A DNA stretch of 64,000 nt from an uncultured Gammaproteobacteria bacterium (GCA_965230935.1 OZ246400.1:566359-630358); one strand, 5' to 3'. Shown: positions 31,870 to 42,482, numbered from the stretch's first letter. Numbers and translations are program-made. Notes: generated by a model not told the origin, from the letters alone.

Positions 31870-33141
31870 CTACAATAATGCTCCTTGCTGATGTCCACGA
31901 TGCTCATCCTCAGTAAAAACATTAATCTTACCAAACACACCATCATATCCTGGAATAATATGCACGCGCCCAGCACGAACACGCATAATTCCTTCTACTA
32001 CTTCTGGCAGAGCAACTGCTGCGATGTCAGCACGTTTTGTATGCAACAAAATTGAAAACTCGCTCCCCAGATTATGTGTAAGAGTATCATATTCAGTAGC
32101 AACGGTTTTTGTTCCAACACCTTTTTGCACAGCATTCGCAATGATCTCACGAAGAGGAATAATTGATTTAAATGGAATCCCGAACTCCGGCGTTTTCGTA
32201 AAATGATCACGCGGACGATCAGCAAGTTCTGCCACACGATTGAGCACACCGACCGTAACCCCACGTCCACACGTAGGACATCGTCCTTGATTTTTCTGCG
32301 TAACTTCAGGATAGCTCCAAAAATCACAATCACGATGACCATCACAATGATACTTTCCTTCTTCGGGGAAAAACTCAATTGTGTACAAAAACTTTTCTTT
32401 GTCTTTCTCTTGAATAATGCGCATGATCTCGTCGTACGTAATCGCTTCTGGGTTTGCAAACGCCAACACGTTTGCTTCACGTCCTAACTTCTCAAGTGAA
32501 TGCGCATCTGAATTTGAAATTAATGTAATATCATCAAGCGCACTCAACCGCCAATTCATTGCCGGGTCACTCGAAAGACCGGTTTCAATTGCACGGATAT
32601 GCGGGGTTAAATCTTCAAAACATTCTTGCAAAGAATCATACCCAGACTTGGAACCAAAAATTGCAAACCACGGTGTCCACGCATGTGCTGGAATCATGAC
32701 ACTCCGTGGATCAATCTCAAGTATGATCTCAAGTAACTCTTTTGCAGGAATACCTAAGATGGGACGCCCATCTGATCGAATGTTTTTTCCTCGTTCAACT
32801 TCAAGTACATGATTCAACTTAGCCACTGCGTCAATTGACGGCATAAAAATAAGTAAGTGCACGCGCCGAACTTGATCTTTGTCTTTGTAAATACATGCGA
32901 CTTCAGTCCCCAAAATAAATCGCGTCTGACTTTCCCCGCTTTTAAGTTGAAAGATACCTTGGGCAGTCTCGTGTAATTCCTCCTTGATTGCGGCAAACCA
33001 CGCCGGGTGAGTAAAATCTCCAGTTGCGATCACATCTATCCCCCGAATAGCACACGTCTTGGCAATTTGTGGAAGTTCAAGGAATTTGCTACACGCGCGA
33101 GAGTATTTTGAGTGGACATGAAGGTCTAAAATCGTTTCCAT
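31870..33141 (-). CDS. PHP-domain protein with C-terminal zinc finger (endonuclease Q-like / TIGR00375 family)
   Basis: N-terminal LDLHVHSKYS PHP motif, a C-terminal CPTCGRG zinc finger and about 420 aa in length. Confidence 0.45.
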   Translation of the reverse strand: METILDLHVHSKYSRACSKFLELPQIAKTCAIRGIDVIATGDFTHPAWFAAIKEELHETAQGIFQLKSGESQTRFILGTEVACIYKDKDQVRRVHLLIFMPSIDAVAKLNHVLEVERGKNIRSDGRPILGIPAKELLEIILEIDPRSVMIPAHAWTPWFAIFGSKSGYDSLQECFEDLTPHIRAIETGLSSDPAMNWRLSALDDITLISNSDAHSLEKLGREANVLAFANPEAITYDEIMRIIQEKDKEKFLYTIEFFPEEGKYHCDGHRDCDFWSYPEVTQKNQGRCPTCGRGVTVGVLNRVAELADRPRDHFTKTPEFGIPFKSIIPLREIIANAVQKGVGTKTVATEYDTLTHNLGSEFSILLHTKRADIAAVALPEVVEGIMRVRAGRVHIIPGYDGVFGKINVFTEDEHRGHQQGALL

Positions 33142-33210
33142 ATACCCCTAGTCTACACGTGAGTGCGCTCTATTGCAAAAGCCCTGGAAGTTGGTACACT
33201 ATGCACACAT

Positions 33211-34236
33211 ATGACTTCTATGAATTCTCAACTTAAATCAACTATCGACAACTTTGACCTAGGGGTAGTGCAGGAGATTAGTAAAATCCCATCTGGTCTT
33301 ATCAACCTTAGCTATCGTATTACCAGTTCCACTGGGTCGTATATTATGCAGCGCATGGGGGATATCTTCACCAAAGAGACAATTGAAGATATGGAAAAGG
33401 TTACCCAACATCTTAAAATCAAATCAATCAATACACCGACATTACTCCGCACGACATCTGAACAATTATTTCATACAGATGTCGATGGACATTTATGGCG
33501 CGTCATGACCGCCATGGATGGCGAGACATATGAAAGTCTTGATGATGATGGGTTGGCACAAGAAGCTGGGCGCGTGCTTGCAGAATTTCACAAAGGTATG
33601 CAGGACTTTGACGCAAGTCAATTACAAAACCATCTGAAACTTCATCAGACACGGGACATTTATGCAGAGTACTGTAATTATGTTGAAGAACTGCTTACCA
33701 CTGAATCTGATCCTCTTATTAAAGAGGCAATCACCTATATTCAAGAAACACTTCCGGATACCTACTTGCCTGTTGGTCTTCCCACAACCGTAATCCACGG
33801 CGACCCCAAAATTTCAAATATCATTTTCAAAGATGGTGTTGCTGTATGTATGATTGATTTGGATACCTGCATTGAACATTCTTCGTTGGTTGACTTGGGT
33901 GACGCCTTATGGTCATGGGTTGGCAGTGAAGGAGACGATCCAAATAATCGTTTTTCACTTGCTCGATTTGAAGCAGCAATGCGAGGGTACATGTCTGTGA
34001 TCCCACTGAGCACTGATGAGCAACACTACGTCTATCGTGGTGCGCGCATGATTGCCTTGGAGCTTGCCTCTCGATTTGCAAAAGACACGATCGATGATTC
34101 TTATTTTGGTTGGGATGCTGACCGATACAAAAGTCGCAAAGCGCATAACCGCGCACGCATGCTTTCTATGGTGCGACTTGAACAAGATATTGTACGGAAG
34201 AAAGATCGGATCATTGATATCCTGAACAATATTTAA
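33211..34236 (+). CDS. Phosphotransferase-family kinase (APH / choline-kinase / CotS-like fold)
   Basis: VIHGDPKISNIIF and IDLDT match the APH catalytic and DFG-like motifs. The start is uncertain (33163, 33211 or 33220). Confidence 0.5.
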   Translation: MTSMNSQLKSTIDNFDLGVVQEISKIPSGLINLSYRITSSTGSYIMQRMGDIFTKETIEDMEKVTQHLKIKSINTPTLLRTTSEQLFHTDVDGHLWRVMTAMDGETYESLDDDGLAQEAGRVLAEFHKGMQDFDASQLQNHLKLHQTRDIYAEYCNYVEELLTTESDPLIKEAITYIQETLPDTYLPVGLPTTVIHGDPKISNIIFKDGVAVCMIDLDTCIEHSSLVDLGDALWSWVGSEGDDPNNRFSLARFEAAMRGYMSVIPLSTDEQHYVYRGARMIALELASRFAKDTIDDSYFGWDADRYKSRKAHNRARMLSMVRLEQDIVRKKDRIIDILNNI

Positions 34237-34276
34237 TCGGTGCGAGGACAGACCACTTTTTTCTATAAAATTTCAA

Positions 34277-34333
34277 AAGCGACCGGATGTTCCTGGTCGC
34301 TTCTGCGTTGTGTTAGTTGTGTGCATGCCGGCC
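34277..34333 (-). repeat. Island C 3' module: CA-rich tract plus A-bulged hairpin, sense on the minus strand
   Basis: Sense strand reads TAGggccggcatgCACACAACtaACACAACgcagAAGCGACCaGGAacaTCCGGTCGCTTttgaaatttt. Confidence 0.6.
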
Positions 34334-35332
34334 CTACGCCGCGATCGACCTCTGGAGCCGACGGTGCATCTGCGTAGCCGGCGGCAACAGCGGATCCACG
34401 GTCACCTGCTTGAGGTCGGGCTCCTGTGGCACGTAGATAAGCCGCTGTCGCACGTTGACCATCTGATTGTGGACTCGGAGTTTTTCGGTGCTCTCTCCGT
34501 AACTCTGAACTCCACCGGAGGTGGCCATGTCCCTGGCGAAGAGCCCGATCACGGTGTGCATGACCACATACTTGACCTGCGGGTAGCCGTTGGCCTCGCG
34601 CAGCGTCTCCGTTAGTGGATGCTCGGCAAACGCGGTGATCCCGTAGCGCTCGAGAACCCCGGCCATCAGACCGTACTCGATGCACCACCCGATGGGCAGC
34701 GGCATGTTGGCGATGTCACCCAGACGAATCCCCTGCTGTCCGCACAACGGCCAGGTGACTTGTGCCAACTGACAGTACGGCTCGGGCAGGAAGTTGAGCC
34801 CGGCTGAGAACCCGGAGTTCTCTGGCCAACCCAACTTGACCAGCCGCGCTTTTGGGGCACCTTCCCACGCCAACAACAGCTTGCCGATCGGATCGGCGCT
34901 CTGCAGATGGGTGAGGTCGGTATCCAAGAAGAAGATTCGCGTGTCGAAGTCGACTCCACGCTGCACCAGATCAAGCACCGCCGCGTACATAGCAGCGCCC
35001 TTGCCGACGCAGAACTCGTTCTTCGGAAGGCCAAACTGCTCACGCAGCACGTTCAGCACTGTGGAACCGCGCCCCAGCATGTCACGCTGCGACACCACTC
35101 GCATGGCGTTGCGCGTTCCGGTCAAGGAGTGAACCACCTCGCGCGCCACGCGCACGGTCGGGTCGTCCTTGTCGGTCATGTTGCTCTCCACGAGCACGAT
35201 CTGACTGGGCTCGACGCCCCGAGAGATCACGTACTCGAGTGTCTGACCAATGTTGCCTTCCTCGAAGAGGGCCGGCAACACCACCACGTCTTCCGGGCGT
35301 AGCTCTTTCCACGCCTTCTCCCACTTGCTCAT
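34334..35332 (-). CDS. GT81-family glycosyltransferase, glucosyl-3-phosphoglycerate synthase-like, in GC-anomalous island C
   Basis: VVVLPALFEEGNIG, GKGAAMYAA, FLDTDL, WPLCGQQ and IGWCIEYGL parallel the mycobacterial GpgS motifs. aggagg RBS before MSKWEK. About 60% GC. Confidence 0.55.
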   Translation of the reverse strand: MSKWEKAWKELRPEDVVVLPALFEEGNIGQTLEYVISRGVEPSQIVLVESNMTDKDDPTVRVAREVVHSLTGTRNAMRVVSQRDMLGRGSTVLNVLREQFGLPKNEFCVGKGAAMYAAVLDLVQRGVDFDTRIFFLDTDLTHLQSADPIGKLLLAWEGAPKARLVKLGWPENSGFSAGLNFLPEPYCQLAQVTWPLCGQQGIRLGDIANMPLPIGWCIEYGLMAGVLERYGITAFAEHPLTETLREANGYPQVKYVVMHTVIGLFARDMATSGGVQSYGESTEKLRVHNQMVNVRQRLIYVPQEPDLKQVTVDPLLPPATQMHRRLQRSIAA

Positions 35333-35539
35333 GTTGCCCCTCCTTCGGTTCAACCCAATGCACGATGATCGTTACCTTGACAATTGCACATTATCGTGCT
35401 ATTGTCTTGGCGGAACTGATGACTCCCCAGTTATCGTTCTAGAAACTCCGCTTTGCGGAGTTTCTTCTTTCCGCCATTTTTCAATCTATGGTAATAAGAT
35501 GATTCCTACTGTATCGTAATTACTTTGGTAAAGCAAGAA

Positions 35540-36628
35540 TCACACTACTACCCATTTATTTTCATTTTTTGCACTACGGTAACATGCGTCAGCAATGCTA
35601 AAGGCACGTAATCCATCGATGATCGTTGGACTTAGTGACTTCCCTTCCAGTAAATTTCGTACAAACCAATATGCTTGACAGGCATAGTAGTCTGAACGAA
35701 AAACAATATCCTCACGGTGGGCTAATGGTGCGAACAAAGGTGTATCTTTCACCATGGCAAACAAATCAGGACGTTCGTACCGATGACATGCTGACTCGTC
35801 TCGAACCGCAATATGATCAAGGTCATATGTCTCTAATCGCACTAGCGCCTTTTGAAAAAAGATCTCAAAATGTCGTATTGACTGATGCGCCGGAATCTCA
35901 TGCCAAATATGTGTCATGGTACCACTCACTCCTTGATCAGTTTCATATTGTACCTCAATAAAATCCTCAACACCGGGATACCCAGCATGGTTACTCATGC
36001 GCGCCTGTACTCGAGTAATTTTTCCAAATAACCACTCGATGATGTCAACGTCGTGAATACCGTGCTCAATCAATACTCCAGCACCAGCAAGTGCCTGATT
36101 ACTTCTCCAGTCAGTAAAATGAGATAATCCTTGAATTGGAAAGATCTGGTCATCACGCAAAATCACATGACGCAATGGTGACTGTTCAGCACACGACGCA
36201 AGAAGAACTTTAAGTGCATGATAGGTGGGCGCATAGCGCAATACAAATCCCACTTGATGAGGCACATCTGCATTAATTAAGAGGTCGTGAATCTTTTTCG
36301 CTTTTGCATGAGAGATGGCAAACGGTTTTTCACAAAAAATCACTTTGCCGGCTGCAATTGCTTTTTCGATTATTGATTCGTGATATACCGTTGGCACACC
36401 AATCACGATCGTATTAATCTTAGGATCGCGAACAAGTGCATCAACATCAGTGGTTGCATACTCAATCTGAAACTCCTTTGCCATTGCTTTGGCTGTTGCA
36501 TCTCGCACATCAGCCACTCCCACAAGGTGTAGCTTATCAGCAAAAAGTGGCTGCACCAGACGAAATGCGCGGGCATGTTCTTTACCAATATACCCAGCGC
36601 CTATAAAACCAACTGTCACTCTATCCAT
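35540..36628 (-). CDS. Gfo/Idh/MocA-family NAD(P)-dependent oxidoreductase
   Basis: VGFIGAGYIGKEHARAF Rossmann N-terminus and EKP motif. Confidence 0.7.
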   Translation of the reverse strand: MDRVTVGFIGAGYIGKEHARAFRLVQPLFADKLHLVGVADVRDATAKAMAKEFQIEYATTDVDALVRDPKINTIVIGVPTVYHESIIEKAIAAGKVIFCEKPFAISHAKAKKIHDLLINADVPHQVGFVLRYAPTYHALKVLLASCAEQSPLRHVILRDDQIFPIQGLSHFTDWRSNQALAGAGVLIEHGIHDVDIIEWLFGKITRVQARMSNHAGYPGVEDFIEVQYETDQGVSGTMTHIWHEIPAHQSIRHFEIFFQKALVRLETYDLDHIAVRDESACHRYERPDLFAMVKDTPLFAPLAHREDIVFRSDYYACQAYWFVRNLLEGKSLSPTIIDGLRAFSIADACYRSAKNENKWVVV

Positions 36629-36714
36629 AGGGATCCATCTTGAAGAAAAATTGTTTGATCTACAATGCGTAAAGAGAGCACGGTTGCGTCCTCTTCACTG
36701 CGTTGTGTTTATCG

Positions 36715-37623
36715 TTAGTATTCTTTAAGCCACCGTGCCGGCGGAAGCAGCGCTTCCACGAAATGCGTACGTTGCCCCCCATCAAAATAAATCTGACGGG
36801 AACGATCGTGCGCATTCCACTCCTGTATTTGCTGTGGGCTTAATGTGTTAAGTCCTCCGAATCGGAGGATCTGCTGCATCAGGAGAAAAATCCGAGTGTA
36901 CATCATCACTACGTACTCGTCCACCGGATGAGCGGCGTGTTCACGAAGCGCACTCGAAAGATAGGATTGAGAAAACCCCTCAACTCCGTATTGCTCTACG
37001 ATGAAGGAGAGTAACCCCAGCTCCACGCCATACCCGCAGGGGATCGGCGCGCGACACAGATCACCAAAGTAAAACGCCTGTTGTCCGGAAAGCGGCCAGG
37101 TAAACCACGCGATTTCGCGATACGGTTCTGGAAGCGCATTTAAGTACGCCACCACCTGTTGATTATCCCGATCATAAGACGCCAACTTGGCCACCCGAGC
37201 ATTTGGACGCAACTTCCATGACTGGAGTAGCGTCTCGAGCAGCTGGATTTGCGCTGCGTTGGTGATGTCAGCATCCAAGAATACCACTCTCGCGTCATCA
37301 GGCGTTTTGTGGCACATCAGATGCACAATACCAGCGTACATCGCCGCACCCTTCCCTCCTGGGAGGGAACCAAACCCATAGGTACGACGCATGATGGATG
37401 CGTACCGTGCCAGTGTGTGCTCTTGGGATATAACATGGTGTGCCGACCCATTAAGCGCACGACGTGCGTGTGCACCGGTTTCATCAGTGCTGTGACTGTC
37501 GACAACCACGATTTGCTCTGAGCGCACACCACAGGCATGCAAATAGGCAATCATGTCGCCAATGGTCGCTTCCTCGTTGTGAGCAGGCAGCACCACTCGA
37601 TCCTGGTCTCGTAGCAGGGGCAT
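36715..37623 (-). CDS. GT81-family glycosyltransferase, glucosyl-3-phosphoglycerate synthase-like (low-GC resident paralog)
   Basis: VVLPAHNEEATIG, PGGKGAAMYAG, FLDADI, WPLSGQQAFYFGDL, CGYGVELGLL. Confidence 0.6.
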   Translation of the reverse strand: MPLLRDQDRVVLPAHNEEATIGDMIAYLHACGVRSEQIVVVDSHSTDETGAHARRALNGSAHHVISQEHTLARYASIMRRTYGFGSLPGGKGAAMYAGIVHLMCHKTPDDARVVFLDADITNAAQIQLLETLLQSWKLRPNARVAKLASYDRDNQQVVAYLNALPEPYREIAWFTWPLSGQQAFYFGDLCRAPIPCGYGVELGLLSFIVEQYGVEGFSQSYLSSALREHAAHPVDEYVVMMYTRIFLLMQQILRFGGLNTLSPQQIQEWNAHDRSRQIYFDGGQRTHFVEALLPPARWLKEY

Positions 37624-37789
37624 ACTCTCTCTCCTTTGCCCCTACAGGAGGGCTGTGATTTCAAAGAACAAATCTACTGTAACGAAGAGGGGTATATTTG
37701 TCAATAATTTTTCTACACTTTTTGTGGATAAATCAAAAAATAACTAAAATTTAGCTATTTTTTATAATTCAATTTGTCAATAAATAATC

Positions 37790-38599
37790 CTACACTTTAG
37801 AAGTGCCATTCTCACGCATTACCTGCTCCATTGCCTGTAATTCCTCCATAGTATTCACCCCTAATGCTTCTAATGGTTCGATTTGTTTTGTGCCAATTTT
37901 AACCCCTTCAGCAATCGCCATGGCGATCAAGTCAGTCAGATAATACTCGTTTGAACGATTATTATTTTGCAATTGATCAATGTGCTCCCACAACCATGTT
38001 GACCGAAAACAATAATACCCGGGATTAAGTTCAGTAATGGCGCGCTCCTGCTCTGTCGCATCCTTATACTCTACAATACGTTGAACATAATTCTCTTTCT
38101 CACCAACAACACCGCGAACAATCCGCCCGTAATGCAACAGCCGCTTACGCCAATCTTCAAAATCAGAAACCGTCGTGGTGGTCATGGTGACATCATTACC
38201 GTATTCAAAATGAAGATCCAAAATATCATCAATCACCTGACACGGCAAATGTGGGTGATCACCGTACAACACAAGCACATGATCGACCTTGTCCTCCAAC
38301 TCTTCGCGTGCGCAAGCAACAGCATGTCCGGTCCCTAATTGTTCTTTCTGCTCCACATACGTATAGTAATCTCCCAATTTTGCTGCAACTTCATTTCCTT
38401 TGTATCCAACAACAATCACCGGGGGGCGAGTTACCCGACATGATTCGATACTATGCAATAAATGGGAAATCAACGGACGGCCATACAACGGTGTAAGTAC
38501 TTTAGGTACTCCACCGTTTCCATTTTGCATACGAGTACCCTTCCCCGCCGCAAGGATAACAATCGCAACGTTATCAACTGGCGAAGAATGTGTGTGCAT
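37790..38599 (-). CDS. Sugar-phosphate nucleotidyltransferase
   Basis: IVILAAGKGTRM G-rich loop. Confidence 0.6.
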   Translation of the reverse strand: MHTHSSPVDNVAIVILAAGKGTRMQNGNGGVPKVLTPLYGRPLISHLLHSIESCRVTRPPVIVVGYKGNEVAAKLGDYYTYVEQKEQLGTGHAVACAREELEDKVDHVLVLYGDHPHLPCQVIDDILDLHFEYGNDVTMTTTTVSDFEDWRKRLLHYGRIVRGVVGEKENYVQRIVEYKDATEQERAITELNPGYYCFRSTWLWEHIDQLQNNNRSNEYYLTDLIAMAIAEGVKIGTKQIEPLEALGVNTMEELQAMEQVMRENGTSKV

Positions 38600-39230
38600 A
38601 TCGACGAATTTCGTCTAGTGTAGAAAAGTACGGAAAGCCGACCTTACGATATAACTCCTCCTCCCACACTGCAAGATTTTTTCGCATAGCCTGGGCAAGC
38701 GTAGGAAAACTCTCTGAAATCACAAAATTTTCATGCGGATTATCATTCACGAATAGCATTGGTCCGCCATCATCTTTCATCCAGTCATGCAAAAAATCAT
38801 GTTTTTGTGATCGGGTTGGATAAATAGCATCAAAATGATCTACCAATCCGGTATGACGAAATTTCTCCATCTGCCATTTTGGATCACCATGGGTAAGGAG
38901 CACAACATTGTACCCGGCATCTTTCATCTCATGCAAAAACAGATGAGCATCAGGAAATACATAATCACCAAGACGATCATGATGTGCTCGCAACCATTCG
39001 TATAATTTTACCTCATCATGATGGGTGCACTGACTGAGTGCTTGCACATGACGATCGAATCCATAACCACTACGACGTGCAGGATGAGACCATGCCCGAT
39101 CATAGCACGCATGCACTTCTTCTGCTGGGATCCCCATACGTTGTCCGCTTTGCTTGATATCACTGATAAAACTATCAAAATCCCACAGTGTGCCGTCAAA
39201 ATCAAGGATAAGTGTTGGTCCTGAAAACAT
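38574..39230 (-). CDS. HAD-superfamily phosphatase
   Basis: LILDFDGTLWD (DxDGT motif I). Start at MFSGPT. Confidence 0.55.
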   Translation of the reverse strand: MFSGPTLILDFDGTLWDFDSFISDIKQSGQRMGIPAEEVHACYDRAWSHPARRSGYGFDRHVQALSQCTHHDEVKLYEWLRAHHDRLGDYVFPDAHLFLHEMKDAGYNVVLLTHGDPKWQMEKFRHTGLVDHFDAIYPTRSQKHDFLHDWMKDDGGPMLFVNDNPHENFVISESFPTLAQAMRKNLAVWEEELYRKVGFPYFSTLDEIRRYAHTFFAS

Positions 39231-39234
39231 ACTA

Positions 39235-39987
39235 TTATGCGTTACTATTGGGCAAACACTCCCAAAGTGATTCAAAAATTCTTTTTTGTGTCATATGAAT
39301 ACCTTCATTCTCTACAATCATTCCAACCGGCTCACCTGAGGCGTCAGCAGAAACATACGCCACACGCCCAGCATAGATAAACATATACGTATCACTTGGT
39401 GCGCCAGCGGTGTGTAATGTCTTACGTTCATCTAATCCATGTGTTTCTCCTTGTTCAAAGCCAATTACCTTCACAGAAATATTTTTTGCCTTGCGTTTGT
39501 CATTAAACTTTGGCATTGCGGAATATAAATGTGATCGAACATCAGCTGAGGAGTAGGCATAATAGGATTTGTCGTTAGCCTCAACACTGCGTGCTAATAC
39601 ATCGTTAAGAATGTACCGCACTCCCTCAAGACCCTCGTACAACATTGATACTGGTTTTTGGCCACCACTGGCATGCAACGATCGCATTTGCGGGATCGCT
39701 TGCTCGAGTGAAGTGCGTGCTCGTGAAAGTTCTTCTTTCTTTGCATCCACTGTTGTAAGTAACTTTTCTGGATCCTCAGCTACAAAGTACTGTCGTGTTT
39801 TTTTATGAAAGTATGCGACTACACCTTCTTCGCGTAATGCCTTCAAAATATCATATGTGGTTCCGCGGTTAATCCCAGCTTCAGTCCCGATGGTGCGTAC
39901 TGGAGATGGCCCGAGTTTAAGGAGTGTCAGATATACTTTAATCTGTTTATCAGACCACCCAAGGTTGTGAAGTGTTTTTTCTATCAT
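39235..39987 (-). CDS. TrmB-family sugar-responsive transcriptional regulator
   Basis: N-terminal wHTH (KVYLTLLKLGPSPVRTIGTEAGINRGTTYDILKAL) plus a C-terminal effector domain. Confidence 0.5.
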   Translation of the reverse strand: MIEKTLHNLGWSDKQIKVYLTLLKLGPSPVRTIGTEAGINRGTTYDILKALREEGVVAYFHKKTRQYFVAEDPEKLLTTVDAKKEELSRARTSLEQAIPQMRSLHASGGQKPVSMLYEGLEGVRYILNDVLARSVEANDKSYYAYSSADVRSHLYSAMPKFNDKRKAKNISVKVIGFEQGETHGLDERKTLHTAGAPSDTYMFIYAGRVAYVSADASGEPVGMIVENEGIHMTQKRIFESLWECLPNSNA

Positions 39988-39993
39988 ACGAGG

Positions 39994-40902
39994 TTAAAGA
40001 TCAAAAACGGTTTTCGCAACACCAAACATACCAGCGTCATTCCCAAGTGCCGCTTGTTGAATTGTTACCATGTCAAATAATTGTGCGAAGCCATTTTGTT
40101 GTGCTTCTTGCATCATGGTCGGTGCAAAAAACTCCCACGCATCAGCCATGTTTCCACCGATCAGACAAAATTCAGGGTTGTATTCATTGATAAAGTTTCC
40201 AACAGCCATACCTAGCCATTTTCCAACGTCTTTCCAAACGACCAATGCGTCTGGATTTCCATTCTTCGCCAAATCATACACTTCTTTAGAGTCAGTAATA
40301 GCAGAATCAATAGTCTCCCGTGCCATCCGAACAACTGCACTTGCGCTTGCAAGTGCTTCAAAACATCCCGGCATACCAAGAGAGCATTGTGGCCCATCAG
40401 GACACAACCGTACATGACCAAGCTCTGCACCAACACCATATGCGCCATCAAAAATCTTGTCATGAATGACAATTCCACCACCGATACCAGTTCCAAGAGT
40501 GAGCAACACTGCACTATGTGCACCTTTTGCAGCTCCTTGCCACACCTCTCCTAACATCGCAGCATTAGCGTCATTATGCACCACCACTGGCAACGCAAAC
40601 TTGTCTTTAATGAGGTCGCCAATTGGAAAATTATTTTCTATGGTAATATTAGGAAATTGCAAAACAATACCCTCTTTGGCATTTGTCGGTCCTGCTGCTG
40701 CAACACCAATACCAACAAAGTCATTTCCATCCGAACCATCTTGAAGCGTCTCAATAACTGAAAAAAGATTCTGTATAACATGCTCCTTACCGAGATCTGA
40801 TTCTGTAAGAACTTTATGACGCGACGTAATTTTCCCTTGGGCATCAATAATTGCCCCCTTAATCGCAGTTCCTCCTAAATCAATGGCAATAGCATGTTTC
40901 AT
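39994..40902 (-). CDS. ROK-family sugar kinase (glucokinase-like)
   Basis: IDLGGTAIKGAII N-terminus and the ROK zinc motif region (CPDGPQCSLGMPGCFE). Confidence 0.7.
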   Translation of the reverse strand: MKHAIAIDLGGTAIKGAIIDAQGKITSRHKVLTESDLGKEHVIQNLFSVIETLQDGSDGNDFVGIGVAAAGPTNAKEGIVLQFPNITIENNFPIGDLIKDKFALPVVVHNDANAAMLGEVWQGAAKGAHSAVLLTLGTGIGGGIVIHDKIFDGAYGVGAELGHVRLCPDGPQCSLGMPGCFEALASASAVVRMARETIDSAITDSKEVYDLAKNGNPDALVVWKDVGKWLGMAVGNFINEYNPEFCLIGGNMADAWEFFAPTMMQEAQQNGFAQLFDMVTIQQAALGNDAGMFGVAKTVFDL

Positions 40903-40993
40903 AATATGCAAATAAAACAGTCCTATCTTAGCATAGCTGTGTAATTTGGCAAGCCTATGCAAGCGGGTAAAAAAGGTAAAATTCTTGGATTAG

Positions 40994-41066
40994 AAAACGG
41001 GGTCTCGGATGGTTGACATCGTTGAGTTTCCCCGTGTTTCTGTTGTGTGTTGTTTGTGTGCTGTGA
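40994..41066 (-). repeat. Island D 3' module: CA-rich tract plus long bulged hairpin, sense on the minus strand
   Basis: Sense strand reads TGAtcacagCACACAAACAACACACAACAGaaacacGGGGaaactcaacgatgtcaaccatccgagaCCCCgttttctaa. Confidence 0.6.
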
Positions 41067-42482
41067 TCAGCCCGCCAAGCGGTGGATGACGCGATCCAGA
41101 CGATCCTGGAACACGAAATTCTGCTCGTGGAGCATCTGCACCGACGGGATGATGCGATCGGTCAGACCGCTATCCCGGATCACCGGACCGGGGAGCTTGC
41201 CGTGCCCCCGCTCGTCGTCCGACCTGCTGGGAATGCGCGCAGCGTGCTCGAGTTGCACCAACCCCGCGTTGAACCGCTGGTAGTCCGCCATGGTCCAATC
41301 GGTGATCGGCTTGCCGAACCACACGTAGTAGCGCATGAACCGCCCGATACCGTCCTGCATGAGGAACTCTTTGGTATCGTCGTTGCACGCATCCACGCGC
41401 GGGGAATGCGTCTCGACCTGAGCGATGGCCTCCGGATGACCGTTCTTGCGGTATTCGATGCAGGACTCGACCCAGATGGACATCAGGGTCTCCTCCCAGT
41501 ACCGAGTCGCAAACGGCCGGTTGAAGGCAATGCGTCCCAGCATCCCGAACTCGCCGGTCAGCATCCACTTGTGCTCGGTCAGAACCATCCACAAGTGGTG
41601 TGCCACCCGACGCACGTTCGCCGGAGTCGCCGGATGCGTCGCGATGTCGCCCAGCAGGTTGCGGAACGACATGCACGTCTCGTTCCCCCGCCCACCGCGG
41701 GTGATCTTGACGTAGCGATACCGCAGGTCGCGATGATCGCCACACGCCGCACGATCAGCCAGTGGGAACGCCAGATGCCCCAGCGCGTGGTAGCAGGGCA
41801 TCATGTCGTAGCGCACGTCGGCGTCGTGCTGGATCACGGACTCCTTGGCCGCTTCCGGGTGCAACGCACGCATGGCCAGCATGCCGGCCAGCATGGTCAA
41901 CCCTTTGCCACCACTCGGACGCTCGTCCAGGCCCAGCACCGGCAGCAGCCGCTGCCAGTCCAGGCAGTCGAGCATCTCGTCCATGTTGACCAACCGCACA
42001 CCACGACCGAAGAACTCCGAAACCGCTGTGGTCGCCGCGTCACCGGACTTGCAGTTGGCCACGATGATCCGATCACCAGGCACGTACTGCGTCGCGTAGT
42101 CCAGGACGTGGCCCACGACGTCGGTGTCCTCCTTCATGGGGATGATCACGTACGCGTGCTTCTCCAGACGATGGGCGATCTGATCCGCACGTGCGCGCAT
42201 CTGCTCGGCACTCGGGTAGAAGAAGTGCTCCAGCGCCGGACGCTTGTCCGGATCCATGGACGTACGACCCTTCACCGACGCGTACGAACGCACCAGATCC
42301 GGACCGCCACCGACGGCGACCTTGATCTGTTCATCCGTGCCTCCTTTTGGGAACAGCGTGCCAGCAACGTCCGCACCGTTACCGCCGTCTTCACGCGCAC
42401 CGACCGGTGCGCCTTGAGTGGTTGTTTGGGTTTGATCCCTCATTTTCTGGTGTATCTCCTCTGATACGTGCGCAGGCGTCAT
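41067..42482 (-). CDS. Large (471-aa) GT81-like glycosyltransferase paralog in GC-anomalous island D
   Basis: VIIPMKEDTDVVGHV, SGGKGLTMLAGMLA and VIQHDADV echo the GT81 motifs. About 64% GC. Confidence 0.45.
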   Translation of the reverse strand: MTPAHVSEEIHQKMRDQTQTTTQGAPVGAREDGGNGADVAGTLFPKGGTDEQIKVAVGGGPDLVRSYASVKGRTSMDPDKRPALEHFFYPSAEQMRARADQIAHRLEKHAYVIIPMKEDTDVVGHVLDYATQYVPGDRIIVANCKSGDAATTAVSEFFGRGVRLVNMDEMLDCLDWQRLLPVLGLDERPSGGKGLTMLAGMLAMRALHPEAAKESVIQHDADVRYDMMPCYHALGHLAFPLADRAACGDHRDLRYRYVKITRGGRGNETCMSFRNLLGDIATHPATPANVRRVAHHLWMVLTEHKWMLTGEFGMLGRIAFNRPFATRYWEETLMSIWVESCIEYRKNGHPEAIAQVETHSPRVDACNDDTKEFLMQDGIGRFMRYYVWFGKPITDWTMADYQRFNAGLVQLEHAARIPSRSDDERGHGKLPGPVIRDSGLTDRIIPSVQMLHEQNFVFQDRLDRVIHRLAG

